Positions 38,239 through 48,700 of a stretch of DNA of 64,000 nucleotides are shown piece after piece. Origin of the DNA: an archaeon. Its GTDB lineage: Archaea > Nanobdellota > Nanobdellia > Woesearchaeales > UBA9642. The notes beneath the pieces were generated by a model. It made no database searches. It had not been told where the DNA came from and was given only the letters and a program-made list of their open reading frames with translations. Every line of letters begins with the position of its first letter. The stretch's first letter is position 1. A program made the position numbers and the translations under genes. The stretch lies in NCBI GenBank assembly GCA_020057295.1, contig JAGVGF010000001.1:121468-185467 (forward strand), written 5' to 3'.

Positions 38239-38892
38239 CTAATTTACACGCATTTCTTCTGCACGATCCTTTTTAATGAGAATGTTAGCAATTTTTGAAG
38301 GCAGAGATGCTATGTCGTTCTCGTCGAATGGACCGTAAGTTTCTAATTCTGAACCTAAAAATTTAGGCACTGGTTTAATAAACCGTACAGATTTTATACC
38401 ATTATCATCTAAAATTTTATCTTCGGATTTACCGTTTATAGATTTTATTTCTAAAGTATCATATGCGGTTTTATTATCCATTACAGGCATTTTACCGGAA
38501 TTAATATTAGTAATTATTGCAGAACGATATTTAAATAATTGTGAATATACACTCTCAAACAAATATTTTTCTTCAGCAAGTAATGATTCTGTATTTATTA
38601 CTTCTGAACCGGTTTTAATTTTATAGATTGCTAAACTTATTATTTTTTTTTCTCTACGATCATATAATTCTAACAATAATTTTTTAACATTATTTAATTG
38701 TATCTTTGTTAGCTCTCTTTCAGAATTACTTGTAGCAGGATTAGTTATAAATGATTCTTTAATATTTAAGTAGTCTACAACATTTGCATAAAATTTATCG
38801 TCCAATTTCTGTAATTCTTCTCTAGATTTTTCAATTCTTAGTACATCAAACAGTAAATCGTATGTAATACTTATTTCCGACAAATTGTACAC
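38239..38892 (-). CDS. Probable GINS subunit (Gins51-like)
   Basis: The N-terminus is LLFDVLRIEKSREELQKLDDKFYANVVDYL, followed by ELYDRREKKIISLAI. The C-terminus is FIKPVPKFLGSELETYGPFDENDIASLPSKIANILIKKDRAEE. All resemble archaeal Gins51 A and B domains. Confidence 0.5.
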   Translation of the reverse strand: MYNLSEISITYDLLFDVLRIEKSREELQKLDDKFYANVVDYLNIKESFITNPATSNSERELTKIQLNNVKKLLLELYDRREKKIISLAIYKIKTGSEVINTESLLAEEKYLFESVYSQLFKYRSAIITNINSGKMPVMDNKTAYDTLEIKSINGKSEDKILDDNGIKSVRFIKPVPKFLGSELETYGPFDENDIASLPSKIANILIKKDRAEEMRVN

Positions 38893-38966
38893 CCCAATGC
38901 TTAAATTGTAGAACTATGAATTTTTTATAAAGTTTATGTTATTGAAGTTGATTTATACTATTATAT

Positions 38967-40526
38967 TTAACCAAATAATGAGCTGAGAAAATCACTTATG
39001 CCTTCTAATATACTGCTTATGAAATCTTTATTTTCAGAAGGGACTTTAATCTTTGTTGTGTTACTTGAAGCACTTGATGTTGTATTAGTAACCGAAGTCT
39101 GTGTTATAGACTTGTTTGATGTGACGTTTGTATTCAATACTTTTGGTGTAGTAATATTTATTATATAATTTGTGTTAACTAATTTTTCTGCACTTAAACT
39201 TTTTTCTAATCCTTCCTTATCTCTATATACCCCGTTGAATTTGAATACTGTGCCATTACCGATGTTAGATAAGTTGTAGTATCTTGCCAATATAATTGTT
39301 TTAGTATTTGGTGTAATATTAGAGTATATTAATGATTCATCTTCCAATCCTGTGAATGTTCCGTAAATATTATAATATGTTTTTATTAAATCATCATTAG
39401 TTAATTTTAAAATTAGATATAACGTGTTATTATTAGTTTTGTTTGGATCTGCATCTATTGATGCTGTCACCTGTGCTTTTTTTGCGTATAATTCTTGAAC
39501 GGAATTGTATTCAAAATCTTTGCTTTCTATACTTATAGTTCCATTAGCAACTACATTATATAAACCATAGTCTATAGTTTTTAACATTATAGTTATGTCT
39601 CTATTCTGACCTGCTGGTACTAATGTGGCATAATTATATGTTGATGTAGTTTTTTGTAATTTATCATCAAAAGATAACACTCTAAAGTTTGATGCACTAA
39701 ATATTATGTTGACTGTTAATATGCTTGTAGGATTAGTGTTGTTAATACTCCAAGTATACTTTATTGTTTCTCCAAGATTATTTGTAAGATGTTCAGATAA
39801 ATTTTCATTAACAAAATATGATGCTGTCACATTTAACAATAATCCTGTAACGTTTGTCGTTATGGTCTGATTGTTATTATTATACGTGTATACACCACTC
39901 CAAAACTTCGATTTACAATCTAGATTATTTATTGTGTATGTATAATTTTTTGCCATTCCTGGACCAAATATATCTCTAAAAGTGATTATATTAGAATTTA
40001 CATTTCCACCTTCCGTCGATGTGACTACAACATTTACCGGTAAAGTTTCTGAATAGGATATTGTTGTACTTTGTGTTCCTGTATTCTGTATACTTAATGG
40101 TATAGTTATTGACTTTCCACAATATCCTACCAAATTTTTTGTTCGAGTAATTACGGCTATTGATGTTGTTTGATCTAATGCTTCTAATGTTACAGTCATT
40201 ACTGGCTGCATAAAATCTCCCTGATACGTTTTTGGATTGTTTTTATCTATAACAACATCTTTGTAACAATACTTATAATTATTTGTTGAGTAGCAAGTTC
40301 CATTTCTTAGATTTACTGACTCTATATCACTTCTTACGAATACTTCCTTATAATATATCATTGAATCGCCGTTTAATAGAACTTTAACTGGTTCTCCACC
40401 GTATATATTAAATGTTTTATTGCTATAATTGAAGCTTTCTCCACTATAATATGATCCTGTCTTTAATACAGTCGCAGAAACAAATGGTATTAACAATAAT
40501 AGTATAAACAAAAACTTAATGTTCAT
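38967..40526 (-). CDS. Secreted sequon-rich protein, hypothetical (envelope associated)
   Basis: It has a signal peptide (MNIKFLFILLLLIPFVSA) and many N-x-S/T sequons. It lies directly downstream of the S-layer gene. Confidence 0.5.
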   Translation of the reverse strand: MNIKFLFILLLLIPFVSATVLKTGSYYSGESFNYSNKTFNIYGGEPVKVLLNGDSMIYYKEVFVRSDIESVNLRNGTCYSTNNYKYCYKDVVIDKNNPKTYQGDFMQPVMTVTLEALDQTTSIAVITRTKNLVGYCGKSITIPLSIQNTGTQSTTISYSETLPVNVVVTSTEGGNVNSNIITFRDIFGPGMAKNYTYTINNLDCKSKFWSGVYTYNNNNQTITTNVTGLLLNVTASYFVNENLSEHLTNNLGETIKYTWSINNTNPTSILTVNIIFSASNFRVLSFDDKLQKTTSTYNYATLVPAGQNRDITIMLKTIDYGLYNVVANGTISIESKDFEYNSVQELYAKKAQVTASIDADPNKTNNNTLYLILKLTNDDLIKTYYNIYGTFTGLEDESLIYSNITPNTKTIILARYYNLSNIGNGTVFKFNGVYRDKEGLEKSLSAEKLVNTNYIINITTPKVLNTNVTSNKSITQTSVTNTTSSASSNTTKIKVPSENKDFISSILEGISDFLSSLFG

Positions 40527-40646
40527 GATTAATTGTTGCTAACGCTAATATAAAAATCTTATGTTTTGAATAAATGTTTTAGAATTATAAATTTAAAAAA
40601 AAAAGAAAAATAAAAAAAATTTAGTCTGTAGTGTTTATTTCAAGGT

Positions 40647-43166
40647 TTAACTTGAAACTTTCTTTACGGACAAGTCTGACAAGCTAGCAGTTACTACTTC
40701 TACTTCCATTCCGCTTAATGCGTACTTTGGTGTATCATAGTTTGCTAATACTCTACATGCGCCCTGTGTATCCTTACCAGTTGCACCTGCGACTAATAAA
40801 GCATTCTGTGTTGAGAATAACTTTATTGTTGCCTTTCCTTCTGTCCATCCTTCATAACACTTTTCTGGGTTGCCCATTAATGTTGCTGCTACTGTGTTTG
40901 CACATGGTCCACCGATTACTATGTAAGGTGTTGTTCCGCCTAGCTTTGCATCAGTATCTAATATTGCTAATCCAACACTAATTGGATTTAAGCTTACTGC
41001 TCCTGATGTGCTTGTGGATGTTGCCTTTGCTGCTGTTGGTGATATAAACACATTTGCGTACATTTGGTCTTGTGGGTACATTACCTTTACTTCTACATCG
41101 TTGTTACCTGATGGATTGTACTTTGTTACGTAAGTTCCAAAGAAGTCCATGTAGGAGTTAGTGTATGTATCTTTCATTGACTGAATAGCTGAGTTTGTTC
41201 CTGTGAACAATACTGCGCTAGGTCCGTCAACACCAGTTCCTGCTACGTATGTTGAACCAACAAATACTAAGTTTTCAACGTTGCTGTTATCCTTTTCTTC
41301 CCTGATTAATACACCAGGTAATGAAGGTGCGCTTCCGCCAACTGTTGCAATTCCAATAGAGTTTATTACTCCAGCAGTTGTGTTAGTATATGTGTAGTTT
41401 ACTCCACCTATAGTTACTGAGTATCCTGCTCCAGCTGCTACAGTAGTTAATGTTGCTGCTGCTCCTGATGGGAACAATACACTAGTTGCATTTGGTATAC
41501 TTAGTCCTGTCAAGTTAGCTAAGAAAGTGAATTTTTCACCACTTGCTAACTCAATCAATGGGAATACTACAGTCTGGCTGTCAGAGTATGTTACACTAAC
41601 GTTGTTGCTTGCAGTTGTTGAGTTGCTCATTAACTGTACATTATATGCTTTACCATCTACTGTTAATGATCTATTATCACCAACATTTACAAATCCACCT
41701 TTTACAGTGTCGTAGTATGTTCCTGGTTTTACTGCATCTTCAAATCTTGCATAACCGTTTGTTGCATCTAATGTTACATCAGATACTTTAACCAAGTGTG
41801 TATACTTCATATCTGTATTAGTGTTTGGTGACAAATACAAGTAGTCATCCTGATTTGCAGCTGATCCTTCAACAGGCAATATGTCTCTATTCTGATCATA
41901 TTGTAATGCTCCATTGTAAGAGAAGTAAACATCTTGTTTTTCACTTGTACTTACTGGCACATTTGCATATACTCTAGTTGAACCTGCTGGTCTTACTATT
42001 ACAGTATCTGCTCCTGCTAATGCACTATTTGCTGTGTCAATGTATTTTATTGCAAATGTTCCGAATACTGGATCATTGAATGAGCCACCTTCAGCTAAGT
42101 ACTTCTTACTTGAATCTGATGAAGTAACATATACTTGTAGTGATGTTAATCCATGTATCAAGTTAGGAGTTGCTACTGAACTGCTCATTTGAACCAAAGT
42201 TCCTTGAACTGAATCTTCGGAATTTCCTGTTGCTACCTTTTTACCATGCTCTAAGACTAATTTCTCAGCGCCTAGTTGTAATGTTGCAAATCCGTCAATG
42301 CCGTTGTTCCATGAAGATACTGACTTAGCGTAGATTTTTAATCCACCAATAGTCTTTGATGTTCCTTCTGTTACTGAGTCTGTCTCTCCATTTACAGATA
42401 ATGTTACCTTACTTGCTGTTGATGCGAATCCGATAACCTTTACTACAAACTCTTTACCATTGATTGTCTTTGTTGCTTCATCCTTTGGTGTTAAGGATAC
42501 TTGTTCAGATGAACCGAACAATACTAACTTATTACCAGTTGATTCAGATGAGAATGTATATTCTTTACCGAATAATACTATCTTCTGACCAATGATTGAT
42601 GCCTTAGTTGTATTTACTGCTTTGTTGAAGTCAACTTTTGCCTGGAATAAATAGTCTGAAGTTGTTGCAGTTGTTGAAGCCATATCAAATGCTAAGAATG
42701 AATCAGCACTTGACTGTGAATGTTGACTGAATGCTAGATTTTGTGTCTTAGCAAATACAACTGACTGTGAGTAGTCGTATACAGTTCCTTCATTGTCTTC
42801 AAATTGCTTATCTGACATCAAGTTTAGATTGTCTTTTGTTACTGAATCTACTGAGAATGCTTCTCCGTAATAGATTCTGTTACCGCTAGTGTCTAATCTG
42901 TAACCGCCTTCAACTGAAGTTGAGGAGCCGCTTGTTGATACAACTGTTGTTGATGCTCTCTGTAAACTTGCTGCTACATCTAATGCACCTACAGTATCTA
43001 TTGCGTATGCTTTCTCTCCGATTACAATCTTACCTACAAATACTCCATCCTTTACGAATGGTGCTGGGTAGTTACTTAAATCTGTTGCTAGTGCCATTGC
43101 TGCAGTACCTGCTAGCATTGTTGCACCCATACCCAAAGCAACTATCTTCTTTATTGTCTTATTCAT
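40647..43166 (-). CDS. S-layer protein
   Basis: After the signal peptide comes LSNYPAPFVKDGVFVGKIVIGEKAYAIDTVGALDVAASL (S-layer N-terminal domain type). The C-terminus has YIVIGGPCANTVAATLMG. The composition is T/S/A/G/V-rich and visibly different from neighbouring genes, consistent with a highly expressed structural protein. Confidence 0.75.
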   Translation of the reverse strand: MNKTIKKIVALGMGATMLAGTAAMALATDLSNYPAPFVKDGVFVGKIVIGEKAYAIDTVGALDVAASLQRASTTVVSTSGSSTSVEGGYRLDTSGNRIYYGEAFSVDSVTKDNLNLMSDKQFEDNEGTVYDYSQSVVFAKTQNLAFSQHSQSSADSFLAFDMASTTATTSDYLFQAKVDFNKAVNTTKASIIGQKIVLFGKEYTFSSESTGNKLVLFGSSEQVSLTPKDEATKTINGKEFVVKVIGFASTASKVTLSVNGETDSVTEGTSKTIGGLKIYAKSVSSWNNGIDGFATLQLGAEKLVLEHGKKVATGNSEDSVQGTLVQMSSSVATPNLIHGLTSLQVYVTSSDSSKKYLAEGGSFNDPVFGTFAIKYIDTANSALAGADTVIVRPAGSTRVYANVPVSTSEKQDVYFSYNGALQYDQNRDILPVEGSAANQDDYLYLSPNTNTDMKYTHLVKVSDVTLDATNGYARFEDAVKPGTYYDTVKGGFVNVGDNRSLTVDGKAYNVQLMSNSTTASNNVSVTYSDSQTVVFPLIELASGEKFTFLANLTGLSIPNATSVLFPSGAAATLTTVAAGAGYSVTIGGVNYTYTNTTAGVINSIGIATVGGSAPSLPGVLIREEKDNSNVENLVFVGSTYVAGTGVDGPSAVLFTGTNSAIQSMKDTYTNSYMDFFGTYVTKYNPSGNNDVEVKVMYPQDQMYANVFISPTAAKATSTSTSGAVSLNPISVGLAILDTDAKLGGTTPYIVIGGPCANTVAATLMGNPEKCYEGWTEGKATIKLFSTQNALLVAGATGKDTQGACRVLANYDTPKYALSGMEVEVVTASLSDLSVKKVSS

Positions 43167-43580
43167 TTAAAAACACCTCCGTGTTTTCTATTTTATAACA
43201 TAATCTTTGTAATTTACAAAGACTCACCGCTCACAACACAAGCTTTTTAATTTGCGAAGTTGTACTGTAATAATCTCCATAGAGATAATTACATTTCATG
43301 CCTTCACATATCACTTGCAAAGTAAGCACAAGTATAGGTAAACACCATTATTTATAAAGTTTTTGGTGAGGTAAATGGACTAAAAACGATAAAGTGACAA
43401 TGAAGCCTTGAAAGTAGATAATTCATGGTTTTAAGGCTTTTGTAACTCTAAAATGAATAAATTCTAATTTGTCTACCAAAGGCGTATTTTTATACCTTTT
43501 ATGTCTTATTTGTAACTAATATAGATTACTTTATCTAAAAAAATGATAAAGTTTATATTTTCAAACATTTACGTAATTTA

Positions 43581-44378
43581 ATGAATAAAATTTACCTCGA
43601 ATTTTATCAAAAAAAACTCTTTAGTTTGCAAGAAGCAAACAAAATAATTAAAGATTATCAAGTTTGCAGAAACAACATTTGTAGATTAGTTAAACAAAAA
43701 TATTTAACCAAACTTAAAGGAGGCTTATATTACATTACACCTTTGGATAATCCAGAATTCTATCCTGACCCAATTCACATAGCATCCAAACTAAGGCTTG
43801 ATGCAGTGATTTGTGCTAATTCAGCTTTAAGTGTGCTTAAACTAAGAAACATTCCTGAACGCAATATAACTTTAGCTTCAAAACATTCTTCTAAGATTAG
43901 AATTGATGAATATACATATAAAATCATTAAGAATTACAATTTCGGTGTTGATAAGATTGAATATCAAACATCTTATGGCTTATTTGAATTACGAGTTACT
44001 GATCTTGAACGATCAATTCTAGATTGTTTAAGAACTAGAAGTGTTAAGGCTGAAGAACTGATTAATATAATAAAAAGTAAACCTTTAGATTTTAATTTCA
44101 AAAGATTACTTAATTATCTAGAAAAGTATAATATGCCTATATTATATAACAAGGCAGGACTAATATTAGAACTTTGCAAATCTAACCTTAAAATAGATAA
44201 TGATGATATTGATAAAATTAGAAAGAAACTTACTAAAAAAATATATTACTTCAAAGAACGCGGTATCAAATTGATTAGACCAAAATATTATTACTTCAAA
44301 GAATGGAACATCATGCTTCCAGATCACTTATTCGAATTAGCAAAAACAATCAGACCAATAACAACAGTTGTGAAATAA
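43581..44378 (+). CDS. AbiEi-like (COG5340) putative transcriptional regulator/antitoxin, with no adjacent toxin gene
   Basis: The N-terminus FSLQEANKII...ICRLVKQKYLTKLKGGLYYI resembles the AbiEi wHTH with the conserved (R/K)G-LY motif. Confidence 0.45.
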   Translation: MNKIYLEFYQKKLFSLQEANKIIKDYQVCRNNICRLVKQKYLTKLKGGLYYITPLDNPEFYPDPIHIASKLRLDAVICANSALSVLKLRNIPERNITLASKHSSKIRIDEYTYKIIKNYNFGVDKIEYQTSYGLFELRVTDLERSILDCLRTRSVKAEELINIIKSKPLDFNFKRLLNYLEKYNMPILYNKAGLILELCKSNLKIDNDDIDKIRKKLTKKIYYFKERGIKLIRPKYYYFKEWNIMLPDHLFELAKTIRPITTVVK

Positions 44379-44467
44379 GGAAGTAATCCGTAAATTTTTC
44401 GAAAATTTCTAGAAAAGCCTTATTAAAAATATTAGAATAATAACATAGCCACTCTAGGAAGTGGCTA

Positions 44468-44552
44468 CTTACATCGCGTTGAAGACAACGGAGATGCTGA
44501 AGGGTCTAGGATACCTTCATGATGAAACCTCTGTTACGCTGAGTGATGTAAG
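44468..44552 (+). ncRNA. Candidate C/D box sRNA (2'-O-methylation guide)
   Basis: The terminal stem is cttacatc (44468-44475) with gatgtaag (44545-44552). The C box is degenerate (TTGAAGA, 44479-44485), followed by an 11-nt guide and D' CTGA (44497-44500). An internal hairpin comes next, then C' ATGATGA (44519-44525), a 13-nt guide and D CTGA (44539-44542). Confidence 0.45.
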
Positions 44553-44650
44553 TATATCCTAGTATAAAAATTTTTCTAGAATTACAAATGCTGTCGCAAC
44601 AGTTAACCTTTTCTTTTTTAGCGCAGGTTTTTTCTTGAAAAGAAAAAAAG

Positions 44651-44734
44651 TGCGGGGAGTAGGATTCGAACCCACGAACGCACTAAGCGAACAGGTCCTA
44701 AGCCTGCCCCATTTGGCCACTTTGGTATCCCCGC
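44651..44734 (-). tRNA. tRNA-Leu (anticodon UAG), type II with a long variable arm
   Basis: Reverse complement: GCGGGGA TA CCA..TGG G GCAGG CTTAGGA CCTGT TCGCTTAGTGCGTTC GTGGG TTCGAAT CCTAC TCCCCGC A. Confidence 0.9.
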
Positions 44735-44862
44735 ATATTATGACGAAACTTTGAGTCATATTTAAATTTGTCGGAATAATAAATATTGTTTTACCCACAA
44801 CATTTATAAATAATCTTAAAATCCTTCTAGTATTATGTTTTGTTTTTTTGGAGGGTATTAAA

Positions 44863-45090
44863 ATGGATTCAAGCAGACCTATTGATGCATTAAACAATGC
44901 TAAAAATAAGAAAGTAATTATAGAATTAAAAAATGGCCGACAATACGTCGGAATATTACGTGCATTAGACATGCATATTAATTGCGTTTTAGAAAATGCT
45001 GAAGAGCGTGTTGACGGCGAAGTTAAGAGAAAAATGGGTATAATGTTTCTAAGGGGCGACATGATCACTATGGTCATGCCAACTGATTAA
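44863..45090 (+). CDS. Sm-like archaeal protein (SmAP/LSm)
   Basis: VIIELKNGRQYVGILRALDMHINCVLENAEE (Sm1) and IMFLRGDMITMV (Sm2) are present. The ATG follows a GGAGGGT site. Confidence 0.9.
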   Translation: MDSSRPIDALNNAKNKKVIIELKNGRQYVGILRALDMHINCVLENAEERVDGEVKRKMGIMFLRGDMITMVMPTD

Positions 45091-45104
45091 GGAGTGGATG
45101 AATT

Positions 45105-45278
45105 ATGACTAAAGGCACTGCTTCAATGGGTAAAAAGTCTGGTGGAAAGAATCACATCAAATGTAGACGATGTGGTAAACATTCTAGAAATATTTCTACT
45201 GGTGTTTGTAGTTCTTGCGGTTATGGCAAGAGTGCACGATTAAGAGCTTATAAGTGGAAGAGACCTTCCAAGAGATAG
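45105..45278 (+). CDS. rpl37e: 50S ribosomal protein L37e
   Basis: Below the ORF-track cutoff. My translation is [57 protein letters not shown]. It has the C4 zinc ribbon of L37e and an AAGGAGTGG site upstream. Confidence 0.9.
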   Translation: MTKGTASMGKKSGGKNHIKCRRCGKHSRNISTGVCSSCGYGKSARLRAYKWKRPSKR

Positions 45279-45290
45279 AGGTAATAGAAA

Positions 45291-45671
45291 ATGGTTATTA
45301 TACAGTCTAAATCAAGAAGAAAACCTTCGGGTGCAAGATATAAGTCTAAGATTATTAAGAAGAGACAACACTTAATTGGTAGATTACCAGCAATGACTAA
45401 AGTTGGTCCTGTAAAGATTCAATCAATTAGAGCAAGAGGCAATTCTACAAAACTTAGATTACTAAATACTAATAAAGTTAATGTTTACGATCCAAAGACT
45501 AAGACTTACAGCATTGAAACCATAAACAATGTTACTGACAGTCCAGCTGATAAAAACTTTATTAGAAGAAACATTATAACTAAAGGTGCTGTTATCCAAA
45601 CTTCTAAAGGTAATGCTAAAGTTACTAATAGACCAGGACAAGATGGCATAGTTAATGCTGTACTAGTATAA
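45291..45671 (+). CDS. rps8e: 30S ribosomal protein S8e
   Basis: SKSRRKPSGARYK at the N-terminus and the 126-aa size match S8e. It lies in Sm-L37e-S8e synteny. Confidence 0.9.
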   Translation: MVIIQSKSRRKPSGARYKSKIIKKRQHLIGRLPAMTKVGPVKIQSIRARGNSTKLRLLNTNKVNVYDPKTKTYSIETINNVTDSPADKNFIRRNIITKGAVIQTSKGNAKVTNRPGQDGIVNAVLV

Positions 45672-45721
45672 AATTATTTTTTTCTTTAAATTAAACTTTT
45701 TCTAGAATAAAAAAATAAAAA

Positions 45722-48700
45722 TTAATTATGTTCATGTATTGGTGGAGAGTTATCTTTCTTACTCTTCTTAGCCACAATGAATATAATTATTCCGAATATT
45801 ACAATAAATATCACAACAGTCCAAACACCATTATATGGATTCTTAGGTGCAGTCGGAGTGCTTGTATTGTTTCCTGTACTATTATTTGTTGCATTGCCCG
45901 TTGTTACCGTACCATTAGTTCCTGAATTGTTTGTTGTAACATTACCTGTTAAATTACCAGTATTATTAGCCACAACTACTGGAGCTTTTGTTGATATTGC
46001 AAATAAACTTAGTCCAGGACTGTCTGCTAGATAATAAACATAGTTTGAATCGTCGTTGGTTATTGTTGTAATTAATTCAGTCCATTTAGAAGCATCGTAT
46101 CTTACTAAGTATATTTCTTCTTTAGTTTTTCCGTTACTTGTTAACCAATTCTTCTCAATCTTAAACTTTATCTTTGCATTATCTATCTTACTATTATCTA
46201 ATGCGTCGTGATCAATTTTTAGATATTTGTAAACCTTTCCTGTGTAAGTTGACGTTGGACTGGTTGTTGCTGTAACTACAAATTTAACATTAGTAGCAGA
46301 TGCAATAGTTGTTAAGAATATTTCACTTAATGGAATACTAGTACTATCAATTGTTATTACTTTAGATCCTGGAGCTATCAAATCATACGTTACAGTTTTT
46401 GAAGGATCAGGAGTAGCACCACCGCCACCACCGCCACCACCAGAAGAACCGCCAGAACCACCAGTACTTCCAGAAATACTGAAAGATACTGAACTATATC
46501 CTATATTACCAGACATATCAGTACATCTATAATAGTAAGTATATGATGAACCAGCATCTACACTCTCGCCTGTCTTGGTGTGTTGTGTTATATTATCATT
46601 CGAAAAAATTATATTTGTTCCGGACGTAAAATTATATAATCTATTAAATTCACAAGTTGTATTTTCAAATGTTGTTACTGTTAAAGTTACAGTACTTACG
46701 CTGCCTTGCGCTCCTGATGGTCCTGAGCTACTTAGTACTGGAACCACCGTATCATTGACTGTAAATTGTTTAAGTGATGAATTAATATTGTTGAAACTAT
46801 CATTGACGTATAATGTCAAATTATATGTTCCGTTAGCTAGATATAAATACTGTATACTCATATTAGCACTACTAGTACAATTACTAATAGGTACATTATT
46901 TTTAGTTAGTGTTCCACTTAATGAATACCAACAACTGTTCAAAGTTCCACTATTATCCGAAGCGTTAAAATCAAGTTGTAGAACTGAACCATACAAACTA
47001 TCATATCTTGTATTATTAGCAGGATTTGTAATATTTATCGTTGGATAAACATTATCTAAAATAATAGTTCTATTTATTTGATATAAATTTCCTGCAGTGT
47101 CTGTGATGTTGACAGTGATGTTATATAATATTTGTGCAGTTGCATTCAAACCATAGATTGTGTAGTTCCATACTGTTGTTGTAGAATTATAATTCTGCAT
47201 TGCAGTACCATTTAGGATATTGTTTACTGTTAAAGTAACATTTGCTACACCATAAGTATCATTAGCCGTACCTATAAATGTGTAATTGTTTAAGTTTGGA
47301 TTAATATATGTTGTATTTGCTGATGGTGTTGTTATTGTTCCTGTTGGTAATGCATCGTATGTTATATTAGATCCGTACTTGATTGCAGTTCTACCAGCTA
47401 AATCATAAGTAATTACTGTTATATTATATACTCCTTCAGCAAGTGTTGGAGATAAAGTAATACTTCCATTACTTGAACTTGTTGTAGTATTAACAACTGA
47501 ACCAGTAGAGTTAGTTACATTAATCTGTGTATAATTAACATTTGCTTCGACGACAGTAACATTAATTACAAAAGTACTGTTAACTGTGTTGTTTGTTGGA
47601 TTAACTATGGTTACTACAGGCGCAATATTATCTACAGTAAATTGTACTGTTGTATTTGCAGTATTTCCAGGAGAATTACCACCATAATCATATGCAATTA
47701 CAGTTAGATTATATACTCCATCAACTTTATTACTTAAATTGAAATAACATTGGAATAATTCAGATCCTTCTGTAACATTAGTACAATTAGCAGTATTACT
47801 AATATTGGTATAATTAGCTATCATTGCACCATTAACATAGAAGAATGCTTGACTAATTTGAGTATCAGTACCATTTAATGAAACATTAATTATAGTGTTG
47901 TTGTTAGTCGTATATATCCCACTCAGAGGAGCATTAACAGTCAACGTTGGAACGATATTATCAGTCATGTTATATCCTGAAAATCCGTTTACAACAAATG
48001 TTAAATTACCTTCTCTTAAACCTTGAACCCATCCTGTTGTTGTATTTACTCCTGCAGCTCCGTTATCAGCAACGATTGGTGGCTGTGATGTAAAAGGCAA
48101 ATGATATAACACTATAGTAGTTCGAGTATTGAATGATGCTAACATTGTTGAGTTAAAATATATCCTTGAACTACCAAAACTATTCGGTGCACTAATGTTA
48201 ACTTGAATTGCGCTTGGTAAATTACTCAAATTACCTATAGTATTGTTATCTGTAAGATTGAGATTTGTAAAATTTAGCATTGCAACCGTAGTATAAGTTC
48301 TCATCCATGCACTTATGTTAAGAGTAGGATTAGTACAACTTAAATTAATCATTGGCTCTAAAGTTAAATTAACAGCATTGAAATTAGATATTGTAGTAAA
48401 ATTAATAGTATTAGATCCCCACTGTAAACATCCGCCAGTAGGAGGAGTAGTCATATTATATAGTATAACAGTAACAGTAGTTACACTTGGTGCACCATAA
48501 GATTCGTTAGCAGTTATTACAATAGGTCCGCCAACAAAATTTGATAATGCGGCCTCATCAGCAACGTTACATGAAGCATTCCAATTATTAGGAGTGGCTG
48601 ATGAATTAGATAAATTGATTAAAGAAGTTCCTGCACCACTACAGTTTACACCAAGAGCAGAAAAATCTGCTGTAACTGTTACATTATTACCTGGAACTGC

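Noticed and set aside
44440-44560. A possible 5S rRNA, given the roughly 120-nt structured GC-richer segment near a tRNA.
   Set aside because: The sequence lacks the conserved 5S helices and loop motifs. It fits a C/D box layout (C, D', C', D and a terminal stem) much better.
44559-45077. A 172-aa minus-strand ORF.
   Set aside because: It runs through tRNA-Leu (44651-44734) and is antisense to the well-supported Sm protein gene, so it is spurious.
46415-46460. A GC-rich island as a possible ncRNA or mobile-element end (also at 53656-53680).
   Set aside because: Both are in-frame GGN codon runs that encode poly-Gly hinges inside long surface-protein ORFs.
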